Positions 11,001 through 20,113 of a stretch of DNA of 64,000 bases are shown here, in pieces; positions within the stretch are counted from its first letter, which is position 1, and each line of letters opens with the position of its first letter. Source of the DNA: an uncultured Acidimicrobiaceae bacterium (GTDB taxonomy: Bacteria > Actinomycetota > Acidimicrobiia > Spongiisociales > ZC4RG35); NCBI GenBank assembly GCA_964617995.1, contig CAZTXD010000001.1, positions 6,383-70,382 on the forward strand, written 5' to 3'. The notes beneath the pieces are model-generated. The model had not been told where the DNA came from, ran no database searches, and was given only the letters and a program-made list of their open reading frames with translations. The position numbers and the translations under genes were made by a program.

Positions 11001-11540
11001 GCGTCGCAGGGCGCGGTCCTTGCGTCCGCGATGCTTGAGCACACCGGCCGCCTCCTCGATCACAGCCCGGTGGTCGGTGGGCCCGGAATTGAGGACGGTC
11101 TCGATCTGTCCTTGCCCGACGATGACATGCTGGTGCCGCCCCACTCCCGAATCCGACAGCAGTTCCTGGATGTCGAGCAACCGACAGGGAACGCCGTTCA
11201 TCTCGTAATCGGAGGACCCGTCCCGATACAGACGCCTGGTCAAGCTCACCTCGTCGATGTCGATGGGCAGGGTCCTGCTTTCGTTGTCGAAGACCAGCGT
11301 CACCTCCGCTCGATTCAGCGCCGGCCTGGTGGCAGTCCCGGCGAAGACGACATCCTCCATCTTCTGCGTTCGGAGGCTCTTGGTCGACTGGGTTCCCATC
11401 ACCCATGAGACGGCGTCCACCAGATTCGACTTCCCGGAGCCGTTGGGGCCGACCACCACCGTGACACCGGGCCGCAGCTCCAGGCGGGTCCGGTCGGCGA
11501 ACGACTTGAAACCGACGACTTTGAGGGACTTCAGGTACAT
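8070..11540 (-). CDS. smc: Chromosome segregation protein SMC
   Basis: 1156 aa. Has the N-terminal Walker A motif GPNGSGKSN, long coiled coils, a hinge, and the C-terminal LSGGE signature with Walker B. Confidence 0.9.
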   Translation of the reverse strand: MYLKSLKVVGFKSFADRTRLELRPGVTVVVGPNGSGKSNLVDAVSWVMGTQSTKSLRTQKMEDVVFAGTATRPALNRAEVTLVFDNESRTLPIDIDEVSLTRRLYRDGSSDYEMNGVPCRLLDIQELLSDSGVGRHQHVIVGQGQIETVLNSGPTDHRAVIEEAAGVLKHRGRKDRALRRLERTDADVLRLQDIAGEITRQMRPLKRQANAAEQAAELETRIQELRLYLGGQRLRRLDERSAAISAEHDRLTGWINDGEAEVGELASALHILTAEAGHVGEALDRDTAAAARLETTLERIRRSSSVAHERYRAAQARREGADERRRDLDEELTLLDRQVVEVGAEVAEAEAAAHRREQRFRSLEDEARSLFDQGNLSPEGALAVLRGEVRSIEGAEGRDSRELEQIDRRMAVVEAQLRDDEEETGRVKDEIHRLDEQATVGQAAYERALAERRSRQERWEAMEDALGEARLASASSRARLDAVSAAGSVDPRARETLAATSGHRGTLTSLMDIPSRWVAAVDAALGPWAGSAVFDDHESLERAVGLLKSGGFGGLGAVTASGERATTARDAAAELGVDALVDLVGAAHDAELMESLIGDVLAVEGWSMALRIAARHPHLRVVTPEGDLVTVSGVRVGQPDGAGPTMVDAAGRALEEAETELARVTSLHTSARRDFEHSRQREREALEELEAVEARLSGASEALGRLTRGRANLEDELQRLAERRRSLREISDDRRVTLHRLRARLTALEGEEAERQRAWDEMEERRAALEAEREGAREAWQQATAELRAARERLQITERRRRDVATSLEGDMAAPVSDAELERLALIEELGRRAGDVLSRRLGELRDRQAEWRRRAAATGSQRDGVRTRHDASRARLEQARKRLGELEVEATEIRVRREGVAEALRRDADSDEHTALAAPAPDVEDDDDLEAVLDDMTARFRRMGPVNPLAAHEYAELAERHTFLTDQLADLETSRQELRRVVSALDEEIQTRFLAAFEEVAAAYEQHFSVLFPGGAGRLRLSDPSDPLETGVEIQAQPLGKKVSDLSLLSGGERSLAALAFLFAVFKARPSPFYLLDEVEAALDDANLRRFLRLMDAFRADAQLVIVTHQQQTMEAADVLYGVTMEPGGSSQVVRKEVVAVEDTIQRTGRGAVSA

Positions 11541-11601
11541 GAATTACACGCGTGTGAGCAGATGCGGGGAGACTAGCAGCGCCGCCTGCCATGGTCCGGT
11601 G

Positions 11602-11883
11602 TCATCTCGGGTCGGGATGGATGAAGAAGTCGCGCAACGTCAGGTCCGGCGCCACGGTGTCGGTCTCCACACCGCTCACGCGGGCGGCCGGCGGCCCCGT
11701 CCACAACCAGTCGGCGAGACGGTCGCAGGCGTCGGCTTCGCCCTGCGCCCACACTTCCACCCGGCCGTCGGTGCGGTTCCGCACCCACCCGACCAGGCCC
11801 AGGCTCCGCCCGACCTGGCGACAGCTCTGCCGGTACGTGACCCCTTGGACACGTCCCGAGACGAAGGCGTTGATGGCTTTCAC
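11602..11883 (-). CDS. acyP: Acylphosphatase
   Basis: 93 aa. VSGRVQGVTYRQ and GWVRNRTDGRVEV are acylphosphatase signatures. Confidence 0.85.
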   Translation of the reverse strand: MKAINAFVSGRVQGVTYRQSCRQVGRSLGLVGWVRNRTDGRVEVWAQGEADACDRLADWLWTGPPAARVSGVETDTVAPDLTLRDFFIHPDPR

Positions 11884-11895
11884 GGCCTCAGTGTG

Positions 11896-12726
11896 TCAGC
11901 TCTGGCAAGAAGGGCAGAAGTGACTGGAGCGCTGCGCCACCACCACCCGCTCGATCGGCGTGCCGCATTCCGGACAGGGTTCTCCCGGCCGCCCGTAGAC
12001 GGCCAGCCGCGTGAGGAAGTCGCCGGCGCGACCGTCGGGGAGGAGATAGGCGAGGTCATCGAGCGAGGTCCCGCCCATCGCGATACCGGCTGTGAGGACG
12101 ATCGGGATCGCCTGGACGAGGGCCTCCACCTCGCCGGTGCTCAGCGAACCCGCCGGACGTTCGGGACGCACTCCCGCCCGGAACAGGACCTCATCGGCGT
12201 AGATGTTGCCCAGGCCCGCCAGGATCCTCTGGTCGAGCAGGATGGCCTTGATCGGGGCCAGCCTGTCTGCCAGGCGCCGGCTCATGTCGGGCGCCGAAGG
12301 TGGCGAATCCCAGGCGTCTGGCCCGAGCCGGGCGAACGGGTCGGCGGACAGCTCGTCGGGGGTGAAGACCGCCACGAACCCGAACGTGCGGGGGTCGATG
12401 AGGCGGACTTCATCCCCCCGGTCGGTGACGACGGTGAAGTGGGTGTGGGCCTCGTCGGGTGCGGCCGCGTCCACGATGCGAATGCGCCCGGACATGCCCA
12501 GGTGGATCACCCACGTGAGGTCGCCGTCGACCTCGATCCGGAGGAACTTTCCCTGCCTCCCGACCCTTCCCACCCTCCGACCTCGGAGACGGTCGACCAC
12601 GTCGAGGGGTCGGATGTTGCGGCGGGCCATCCGGTCCCGGGTCAGCTCGACGCTGGCGATCCTCGCTCCCTCCAGCACGGGGGCGAGATGGCGCCGGGTG
12701 GTTTCGACCTCGGGTAGCTCGGGCAT
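11896..12726 (-). CDS. mutM: Formamidopyrimidine-DNA glycosylase
   Basis: 276 aa. MPELPEVE N-terminus and a C-terminal zinc finger (CPECGTPI...CPSCQ). Confidence 0.9.
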   Translation of the reverse strand: MPELPEVETTRRHLAPVLEGARIASVELTRDRMARRNIRPLDVVDRLRGRRVGRVGRQGKFLRIEVDGDLTWVIHLGMSGRIRIVDAAAPDEAHTHFTVVTDRGDEVRLIDPRTFGFVAVFTPDELSADPFARLGPDAWDSPPSAPDMSRRLADRLAPIKAILLDQRILAGLGNIYADEVLFRAGVRPERPAGSLSTGEVEALVQAIPIVLTAGIAMGGTSLDDLAYLLPDGRAGDFLTRLAVYGRPGEPCPECGTPIERVVVAQRSSHFCPSCQS

Positions 12727-12751
12727 CAGGAAGCGCTACCGTACCCCCGCG

Positions 12752-13738
12752 ATGGACAGCGCCCGACCAGATCTGCGACCCCTGGGGGTGGGCGAGATGG
12801 TCGACGGTGCCATCCGTCTGTTCCGCACCAACTTCGTGACGCTGATCAAGATCTCTGCAGTGGTGCTCGTGCCGATCGGCGTGATCCAGCTCGTCGGGAC
12901 CGTGGCGGTGGGGCCTGTCGACATGTTCACCCTGATCGTGGAGGACCCCGAGGCCACCCCCGGCGAGGTGATCGGTCCCCTGATCCCGCTGTACACGGTC
13001 TTCGGCATAACCGGTCTGCTCTCCTTCCTCGGCTCCATCCTGGTGCAGGGCTCGTCGATCACCGCGCTCGCTCGGGTCTACCAGGGAGAGCAGCCCGACT
13101 GGATCTCTTCGTTGAAGGCGGGCGCCAGGCGCTTCCTGCCTCTCACCATCTCGACGATACTGGTCTCGGTCGGTTCGGCCCTCCCTCCCATCGCCGCGGC
13201 GGTGGTGATGGTTCTCCTGGTGATCGAAATCGGCCCGGTGGGCATACTCGGTGGCCTCGTGGCCATCGCCGGAGGCGTGGCGGCAGCCGTGTTCCTCTTC
13301 ACGAGATGGACCGTCTCCCCGGCGGCTCTGGTGGCCGAGCAGCTGGGACCGGTGTCGGCGCTGGGTCGGTCCTTCGGGCTGGTCAGGGGCCGGTTCTGGC
13401 CCGTGCTCGGCGCCGTGCTGCTCGCCTACCTGCTCTATTTCGTGGTCAGCCAGATCGTTTCGGTGCTCACCACCGTCTTGACGGTGGCGGGAGCGCTCGG
13501 CAGTGAGCAGATCTCGTTCATACCCACGGTGATCGGGACCGTGTTCGTATCCGTGATCGCCACGCCGTTCCTGGCGGCGATGGTCACGATCATCTATTTC
13601 GATCTTCGGGTGCGCACCGAGGGCTACGACCTCGAGTTGATGGCAGCCGACCTCGAGCGTATCGAGGGACAGGGCGCCGCCCCGGCTTCTCCCCCACCCG
13701 ACGATCCGTTCGGTCTGGGGTCTCCCGGCGACCGATGA
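12752..13738 (+). CDS. Polytopic membrane protein, first gene of the MoxR/DUF58 locus; possibly GP-PDE membrane-domain-like
   Basis: 328 aa from an internal ATG (MDSARPD...). At least 6 predicted TM helices, a conserved YFDLRVRTEGYDLEL segment and a Pro-rich tail. Its stop overlaps the next ATG. Confidence 0.5.
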   Translation: MDSARPDLRPLGVGEMVDGAIRLFRTNFVTLIKISAVVLVPIGVIQLVGTVAVGPVDMFTLIVEDPEATPGEVIGPLIPLYTVFGITGLLSFLGSILVQGSSITALARVYQGEQPDWISSLKAGARRFLPLTISTILVSVGSALPPIAAAVVMVLLVIEIGPVGILGGLVAIAGGVAAAVFLFTRWTVSPAALVAEQLGPVSALGRSFGLVRGRFWPVLGAVLLAYLLYFVVSQIVSVLTTVLTVAGALGSEQISFIPTVIGTVFVSVIATPFLAAMVTIIYFDLRVRTEGYDLELMAADLERIEGQGAAPASPPPDDPFGLGSPGDR

Positions 13739-14364
13739 CCACATCGACCTTCGGGACCCTGGCCCAGGCCTCACCCTGGCCCCCCGATGAGATCGAACGG
13801 GCGGTAGCCGAGGAGCTCGCCTTGCCCAAGTATCGCCTCGGTTCGCCCTGGTGGGCGCGCCTGGTGGAGTGGTTGGAGAGAGCCTGGGTTCGCCTGGTCG
13901 AGTGGATGACGGCCGCTTCTGACTATGTGGGAGGGCCGGTGATCATGGCGATCCTGGTCGGGGGCGCCGTGGCGGCGATCGTGGCGATGGTGACCGTCAA
14001 CCTGGGAAGGCGGCGTGCCCGTCGGATCGACGAGCGGATCCGACGCGAGCACCATGAAGCCCGGGGTTTGGATCCGGGCGAGCTCGAGGTCCGCGCCGGG
14101 GCGGCCGAGGACAGAGGCGATCATGCCGAAGCGATGAGGCTCCTCTTCCGCGCCGGGCTCATCCGTCTCGACCGAGCCGGGCTCATCGATCTCCGTCCCG
14201 GAACCACATCGGGAACGGTCGCCGCCTACCTCGGGTCACCGGAGTTCGAGAGGGTCGCCGCCCGCTTCGACGCCGTGGTCTACGGAGAGCGCCCGGCCAC
14301 ACCCGCCGATCCCGACCTGGTTCGTGCCTTGACCACCTCCCTCCTCACCCGAACGCGCCGATGA
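13735..14364 (+). CDS. DUF4129-domain protein
   Basis: 209 aa. A single TM helix is followed by a region resembling the DUF4129 transglutaminase-associated domain (LLFRAGLIRLD...AAYLG). ATGA overlaps on both sides. Confidence 0.5.
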   Translation: MTTSTFGTLAQASPWPPDEIERAVAEELALPKYRLGSPWWARLVEWLERAWVRLVEWMTAASDYVGGPVIMAILVGGAVAAIVAMVTVNLGRRRARRIDERIRREHHEARGLDPGELEVRAGAAEDRGDHAEAMRLLFRAGLIRLDRAGLIDLRPGTTSGTVAAYLGSPEFERVAARFDAVVYGERPATPADPDLVRALTTSLLTRTRR

Positions 14365-15482
14365 TTCCTCCCTCCACCACCATCACCGAGCAGGGCAGAC
14401 GCCTCCGACGGGCATTGCTGTGGTTGGGAGCCGGTGTGGTGGCACTGAACGTGGTGGTGGTGGTCGCCTCGTCGGTGGCGGGGGGAGGGGCAGTGTCGGG
14501 CCCCGGGGGCTCCAGCTTCGTGACCACCCGCTCCGGCTCGGCGGCGCTGGCGGGAACCCTCGACAGGCTGGGCGTCGGCGTCGTGCAGAGCCGCCGGCCT
14601 CTCGACGAGGTCTCACTCGATCCCGGGACGGCTGTCGTCACCGTCGACGTCGGCGGCGCCGACTACACGTCGTCGGAGCTGAACGCCCTGGAGGCCCATC
14701 TGCAGGCCGGAGGACGCCTCATCGTGGCCGGGCAGGCGACGATGGTGGATCGTTTGCTGGCGGACCCGCCCCGCTGGATCTCCCGAGGCTCGGATTCGGC
14801 CTCACCGGCGGCCGGCCTGGGCATCTCCGGGGAGGAGACCGTGCCCCTATCGGGCTTCGGGTCCCTCGACCCTGCGGGGGTGGACCAGGCGGTCGTCATC
14901 GCCGACGATGGAACGGTCGTGGCGGTTTCCCGCCCGGTCGGAGAGGGGCGGTTCGTGTGGATCGCCGACTCGTTCCCGGTCCACAACCAGGGCATCGGCG
15001 TCGATGAGGCGGCGGTGACCGTGATGGCCCTGATCGGCCCGCAGGACCGGGTTCTCTTCGACGAGTACCGGCATGGCTACCGGGAGGAGGGCGGCTTGTG
15101 GGCGCTGCTCCCCGACCGCTGGCGCCTGGCTCTCGGACTCGGCGGGCTGGTGGCGCTGATGGGTCTCGTGGCGTATGGCCGCCGTCTGGGCCCTCCCCAC
15201 GACCTCTGCCGCCGCATGCCGCCGGGACGCGAGCTCTACCTGGAGGCCGTGGCGGGGATGCTGGCCCGGGCGAACGCCAAGGCCGACGCCCTCGAGACGA
15301 TCCGCTCCGAGGTGCGTCGCCGCCTCGAGGAGCGGGCACCCCGGACCGAGCCGGAGGTGGCGACTGGTGCAGGCCCCCTCGACCCAGCTGAGGTCGAAGC
15401 CGTGTTCGGTCCGGGCAGCGACGATGACACACTGGTGGCCGCCGACCGGGCCCTGGCCGCACTGAACAGGGAGAACCAATGA
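14361..15482 (+). CDS. DUF4350-like exported/membrane protein
   Basis: 373 aa. An N-terminal TM helix followed by an extracytoplasmic domain, a context typical of MoxR-locus DUF4350 proteins. ATGA overlaps on both sides. Confidence 0.45.
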   Translation: MIPPSTTITEQGRRLRRALLWLGAGVVALNVVVVVASSVAGGGAVSGPGGSSFVTTRSGSAALAGTLDRLGVGVVQSRRPLDEVSLDPGTAVVTVDVGGADYTSSELNALEAHLQAGGRLIVAGQATMVDRLLADPPRWISRGSDSASPAAGLGISGEETVPLSGFGSLDPAGVDQAVVIADDGTVVAVSRPVGEGRFVWIADSFPVHNQGIGVDEAAVTVMALIGPQDRVLFDEYRHGYREEGGLWALLPDRWRLALGLGGLVALMGLVAYGRRLGPPHDLCRRMPPGRELYLEAVAGMLARANAKADALETIRSEVRRRLEERAPRTEPEVATGAGPLDPAEVEAVFGPGSDDDTLVAADRALAALNRENQ

Positions 15483-16414
15483 GAATGAACGACCTGAGGG
15501 ACCACCTCCATGCCGCTGTGGCGACCGTCGTCCGGGGCCAGACCGCCACCGTCGACGCCCTCTTGATCTCGGCCCTGGTCGGCGGGCACGTCCTGCTCGA
15601 GGGAGTCCCCGGCACGGCCAAGACGCTTCTGGCCCGGGCGGTGGCCCGCGGTCTGGGGATTCACTTCGGTAGGGCTCAGTTCACTCCCGACATGCTTCCC
15701 TCCGACCTGACGGGGACCATGACCCTCCGCGGTGGCGAACTCTCGTTCCGGCAGGGTCCGATATTCACCGGCCTCCTGCTGGCCGACGAGATCAACCGCA
15801 CTCCTCCCAAGACCCAAGCAGCCCTGCTGGAAGCCATGGAGGAGGGGCAGGTGACCGTCGACGGCGTGTCACGTCCCCTGCCGCGGCCCTTCATGGTGGT
15901 GGCCACCCAGAACCCCATCGAGTACGAAGGCACCTATCCCCTTCCGGAGGCGCAGCTGGACCGGTTCCTGATGAAGGTGCCGGTGGGGTATCCCGGTGAG
16001 GACGACGAGCAGGAGATGCTGTCCCTGCGTCGGTCGGGTCTGGCTCCAATGGGCCTCGAGGACATCGAGGCCGTCACGTCCGGGCCCGAGATCCTCGAGA
16101 TGAGGGACGAGGTCGACGACACGATCGTGGGCGATGAGGTGGCGGGATACGTCGTCGCGTTGGTGCGGCACACCCGCCGGCTTCCTTCGGTGGAGCTGGG
16201 AGCGTCACCACGGGCAGCGGTTCATCTCCTTTCGGCGGCCCGCGCTCTCGCCCGTTTGTCGGACCGTGACTTCGTCACCCCCGACGACGTGGTGAGGCTG
16301 GCACCGGGAGTTCTCACCCACCGCATCCTCATCCGCCCTGAAGCCGAGCTGGAGCGCTACCGCCCGGCCGATGCGGTTGCCGCCGCCCTCGACGACGTGG
16401 ACGTTCCCCGATGA
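15479..16414 (+). CDS. moxR: MoxR-family AAA+ ATPase
   Basis: 311 aa. Walker A GVPGTAKT, Walker B LLADEINR and overall MoxR architecture. Confidence 0.9.
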   Translation: MRMNDLRDHLHAAVATVVRGQTATVDALLISALVGGHVLLEGVPGTAKTLLARAVARGLGIHFGRAQFTPDMLPSDLTGTMTLRGGELSFRQGPIFTGLLLADEINRTPPKTQAALLEAMEEGQVTVDGVSRPLPRPFMVVATQNPIEYEGTYPLPEAQLDRFLMKVPVGYPGEDDEQEMLSLRRSGLAPMGLEDIEAVTSGPEILEMRDEVDDTIVGDEVAGYVVALVRHTRRLPSVELGASPRAAVHLLSAARALARLSDRDFVTPDDVVRLAPGVLTHRILIRPEAELERYRPADAVAAALDDVDVPR

Positions 16415-17661
16415 GCGTCACCCGTCGCGGCCTCGCTGTGCTGTCCGCCGCTGCCCTCACCGCACTCATCCTCCCCCCGGGGGCGGCCGTGGTGGTGTTC
16501 GTCATGGTGACGGTGGTGGTCGCGGCCGACGCCTGGTTGGTGCGGTCGCTCCCCGAAGTGCGGGTGGCGGTGCCGCCGATCCTCTCTCGGGGTGTCCCGT
16601 CCACTCTCGCCGTGGATGTTGAGCCGGACGTGGGCGTGATAGTGAAGATGGTGGGCACACCGGACGTCACGATCGAGCCTGAGGAGGGCCCGGGGGGTCT
16701 CGCGGCCACGGTCACCGCCGTCAGGAGGGGCAGCCATGTGCTGGCCCGCCCCGCCACCGTGGCCGATGGTCCGTTGGGCCTGGGCCGGTGGTATCACAGA
16801 CCAGGCAGCGAGACCCCGGTGGTGGTTTATCCCGACATGCCCGCTGCCCGGCGCATCGCCACCGAGGTGCGACTCGGGAAGTTCGGGGAGACCTCCCGGC
16901 GCAGCCGTGGCCCCCTGGGCCTCGGTACCGAGCTCGAGTCCATCCGCGAGTATCTCCCCGACGACGACATCCGCCAGGTGAACTGGCGGGCCACTGCCCG
17001 CACGGGAACGCCCATGTCGAATACCTACCGGATCGAACAGGAACGCGAGGTGCTCGTGCTGCTGGACACCGGGCGGCTCATGGCCGCACCGGTGGGTGAC
17101 GGGACCGAACGCACCCGTCTTGACGTGGCCGTGGACGCGGCGGCGGCGGTTGCCTCCGTTGCCGACGTGGTGGGCGACCGCGTCGGCCTGGTGGCGTTCG
17201 ATGCGAAGCTGCGTCGTCGCCTCCTTCCCCGCCGGGACGGCGGCGACGTCGTGGTGACTGCCATCCATGACCTCGAACCCACGGCCGCGGAGTCGGACTT
17301 CGAGCTGGCCTTCCGCACGATCGCTCACAACAAGCGCGCTTTCGTCCTGATACTCACGGACCTGCTCGAGGAGACCGCCGCCCGTCCCCTCCTCGACGCC
17401 GCCCCGATCCTCGCCCGTCACCACGCCATCGCCGTGGCCGGGGTCGCCGACCCGGCCGTTTCGGCGGCACTGTCGACGCCCGCCTCTTCGGTCGAGGACG
17501 CCTTCCGGACCGCCACGGCGATAGACATCGAGACGTCGCGCCGGCGAGTGGCGACGCGACTCGACGGCTATGGAGCCACGGTGATCGACGTCGCTCCCGA
17601 CCTCCTCCCCTCCCGGTGCGTGGCCGCCTACCTGCGCGCCAAGCGACGGGCACGTCTCTGA
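16411..17661 (+). CDS. DUF58-domain protein, vWA-like partner of MoxR
   Basis: 416 aa. N-terminal TM segment plus the conserved DUF58 core (REYLPDDDIRQVNWRATARTG...). ATGA overlap with moxR. Confidence 0.8.
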   Translation: MSVTRRGLAVLSAAALTALILPPGAAVVVFVMVTVVVAADAWLVRSLPEVRVAVPPILSRGVPSTLAVDVEPDVGVIVKMVGTPDVTIEPEEGPGGLAATVTAVRRGSHVLARPATVADGPLGLGRWYHRPGSETPVVVYPDMPAARRIATEVRLGKFGETSRRSRGPLGLGTELESIREYLPDDDIRQVNWRATARTGTPMSNTYRIEQEREVLVLLDTGRLMAAPVGDGTERTRLDVAVDAAAAVASVADVVGDRVGLVAFDAKLRRRLLPRRDGGDVVVTAIHDLEPTAAESDFELAFRTIAHNKRAFVLILTDLLEETAARPLLDAAPILARHHAIAVAGVADPAVSAALSTPASSVEDAFRTATAIDIETSRRRVATRLDGYGATVIDVAPDLLPSRCVAAYLRAKRRARL

Positions 17662-17669
17662 ACCCTTCT

Positions 17670-17704
17670 GGTTGCCTGCGAACGGATAGCGTTCGCAGGC
17701 AACC
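17670..17704. terminator. Bidirectional hairpin, 15-bp perfect stem
   Basis: GGTTGCCTGCGAACG-gatag-CGTTCGCAGGCAACC lies between the convergent DUF58 and SpoIIM-like genes. Confidence 0.6.
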
Positions 17705-17725
17705 AAAGAAGAGGGAGACCGTTCG

Positions 17726-18688
17726 TCACGGTCCAGAGAAAGCCCCGCCGCGCCACCACAGCAGGATCCAAAAGGTGGCCCCCAGGACCACTCCCACCAC
17801 CGCCGTCGGTGCCAGCGACAACCCCACCCGACTGACGTACCCTTCCACCAGCCCCGCCACCGCCAGCCACGGTGCCGTCCCGCCCGCCAGGAGCAGCGAC
17901 TGGCGCGCCTCATGTGCCATCGACTCGGTCCTCGTGCGGTGGCCGGGACGGAGCATCGCCCGTCCCAGGCTGAGGCCGGCAGCCCCGGCCACGATGATGC
18001 AGGACAGCTCCAGCACGCCGTGGGCCATCGTCGCCTCTCCCAGCAGCGCCAGGTTGCCGGCACCGGCGGCAAGTCCGGTCAACGCACCGAACAGCACACC
18101 GTTGTAGCCGATCAACAGGGCTGTTCCCACCCCCCAGGTGATCCCGGCCACGAAGGCCGTCAGGGCAACACGAATGTTGTTGGTGAGCACGAACGTGCTG
18201 AATCCCGCCAGGCCGACCGCCCCCAGACCCTGATCGGTGGTGTCGGCCTCCATCACCCAGAGGAATTCGACCGGTACCAGCCCCGCCACCGTTTCGGGTG
18301 CGCTAACTGCCCACAGCCCCATGACGACTCCGGGAATGAAGAGGACCACGCCCGCCAGGGCCAGTGCCCGACGTCTCTCCCACAGCAGTACCCAGTAGCG
18401 GTCGGCGAAGAAGTCGATCAGGTTCCCGCGGCGGTTGCTTCGTTCGTAGATCAGGCCCTGACCGGCTCTGACGAGCCGTTCCAATCGATCAACCAGCGGG
18501 TCCCCGGGGAAGTGGCGGCGGGCGGCTACGAGGTCGGCCGCCACCGCCCGGTACAGGGCCGCCAGACGCCGGATCCGTTCGCCTCCCAGGCGCTCCGGCC
18601 GCCGACCCGCCTCCTCCAGGAGCTCTTCCAGCTCCCTCCAGCGGGGCTGGCGGTCGCTTTCGAACCGACGTAGCGTGTCCACATGCAC
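17726..18688 (-). CDS. SpoIIM-like (DUF95) integral membrane protein
   Basis: 320 aa with several TM helices, a family habitually found in MoxR-DUF58 loci. The annotated GTG start overlaps the divergent RDD start; the true start may be the GTG at residue 3. Confidence 0.6.
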   Translation of the reverse strand: MHVDTLRRFESDRQPRWRELEELLEEAGRRPERLGGERIRRLAALYRAVAADLVAARRHFPGDPLVDRLERLVRAGQGLIYERSNRRGNLIDFFADRYWVLLWERRRALALAGVVLFIPGVVMGLWAVSAPETVAGLVPVEFLWVMEADTTDQGLGAVGLAGFSTFVLTNNIRVALTAFVAGITWGVGTALLIGYNGVLFGALTGLAAGAGNLALLGEATMAHGVLELSCIIVAGAAGLSLGRAMLRPGHRTRTESMAHEARQSLLLAGGTAPWLAVAGLVEGYVSRVGLSLAPTAVVGVVLGATFWILLWWRGGAFSGP

Positions 18689-19417
18689 CTCGAGGATCGC
18701 CTAACCATCGAAACCCCGGAAGGAGTGTCGATCGACCTGACGCTAGCGGGGCTCGGTTCCCGTCTCGGTGCCACGGTCATCGACGTCGTCCTGCAGGGGA
18801 TTCTGTTGCTCGCTGTGACGATCGCCATCAGCCTGGCGGGGGCGGTCGTATCCCCCGACCTGGGGGTGTTCCTCCTCGGCGTCGGCACGCTGGTCGTGGT
18901 GGCGATAGTGGTGGGTTATTACATCGTCTTCGAGGCCCTGAACGGTGGTCGAACGCCGGGCAAGGCGGCCTTCGGCATCCGGGTGGTGACCGTCGATGGC
19001 TCTGCGCTGACGCTGACGGCGGTGACCCTGCGCACGCTTATGCGACTCATCGACTTCCTGCCCGCTGCCTACGCAATCGGCGCCATCGCGGTGGTCACCT
19101 CGACACGCAATCAGCGCCTGGGGGATCTGGTTGCCGGCACAGTGGTTGTGCGCGACCGGATACCCGTCGCCGCTGCCCCCGCCCCGACACCCTCGAGCGA
19201 CGTCAGGGGTTGGGATGTGTCGGCGGTGGGGGACCCTGAGATCGGGCTCGTCCGGCGCTGGGCGATGCGCCGACAGGATCTCAAGGTCGAAGCCCGCCAC
19301 AATCTGGCGACCGAGCTGGCGGCACGGCTTCGTCCCCGGGTGGGTGGTGGCCGTGACCTCGACGACGAGGCGTTCCTGCTGCAGCTCCTGGTAGAGAAGG
19401 AAGGACGGGGTGACTAG
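18683..19417 (+). CDS. RDD-family membrane protein
   Basis: 244 aa with the RDD-domain topology (GATVIDVVLQGILLL...). Confidence 0.6.
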   Translation: MHLEDRLTIETPEGVSIDLTLAGLGSRLGATVIDVVLQGILLLAVTIAISLAGAVVSPDLGVFLLGVGTLVVVAIVVGYYIVFEALNGGRTPGKAAFGIRVVTVDGSALTLTAVTLRTLMRLIDFLPAAYAIGAIAVVTSTRNQRLGDLVAGTVVVRDRIPVAAAPAPTPSSDVRGWDVSAVGDPEIGLVRRWAMRRQDLKVEARHNLATELAARLRPRVGGGRDLDDEAFLLQLLVEKEGRGD

Positions 19418-19426
19418 GGGCAGGCC

Positions 19427-20113
19427 TCAGGACCCCGTCCGTCCCCACCGTTCCAGGGCCCGACGGGCCGCGTCCTGCTCCGCCTCCTTCTTCGACCGGC
19501 CGCTGCCCTCCCCCCATTCCTCGTCTCCCACGCGGACAACCGCTCTGAAGACACGGGCATGGTCGGGACCCGAGCCTTGCACCTCGTACTCGGGGCGCCG
19601 CTGATCGCTGGCCAGGAGCTCCTGCAGCCTGGTCTTGTAGTCCCGGCGACCCGGCGAGCTCGCCTTCGCCCGGACCCTCGACTCCCACAGTCGCATGATG
19701 ATGCCCCGGGCGGTCGGGTATCCGGCATCGAGGTAGAGGGCTGCCAGCACAGCCTCCATGGCATCGGCGAGGATCGAGTCCTTGTCCCGGCCGCCGGACG
19801 CCTCCTCACCTCTTCCGAGACGCAGGTACCGGCCCAGATCCAGTGTCCGGGCGACCACCGCCAGTTCGGCACCACTGACCGACGCCGCCCTGATCTTGGC
19901 CAGCTGGCCTTCGGGAAGCTCGGGAAATGCCGCGAAGAGGAACTCGGTGACCGCCATCTGCAAGACGGCATCGCCGAGGAACTCGAAGCGCTCGTTGTGG
20001 CCGACGTCGGAATGCTCAGAGGCGTAAGAGCTGTGGGTCAGCGCCTCGTCGAGGATCCGCCGGTTGGAGAACTCGTGGCCGATGGCCGACTCCAGATCGG
20101 CCACCCCGCTCAT
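19427..20113 (-). CDS. rnc: Ribonuclease III
   Basis: 228 aa. ERFEFLGDAVL catalytic signature plus a C-terminal dsRNA-binding domain. Confidence 0.9.
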   Translation of the reverse strand: MSGVADLESAIGHEFSNRRILDEALTHSSYASEHSDVGHNERFEFLGDAVLQMAVTEFLFAAFPELPEGQLAKIRAASVSGAELAVVARTLDLGRYLRLGRGEEASGGRDKDSILADAMEAVLAALYLDAGYPTARGIIMRLWESRVRAKASSPGRRDYKTRLQELLASDQRRPEYEVQGSGPDHARVFRAVVRVGDEEWGEGSGRSKKEAEQDAARRALERWGRTGS

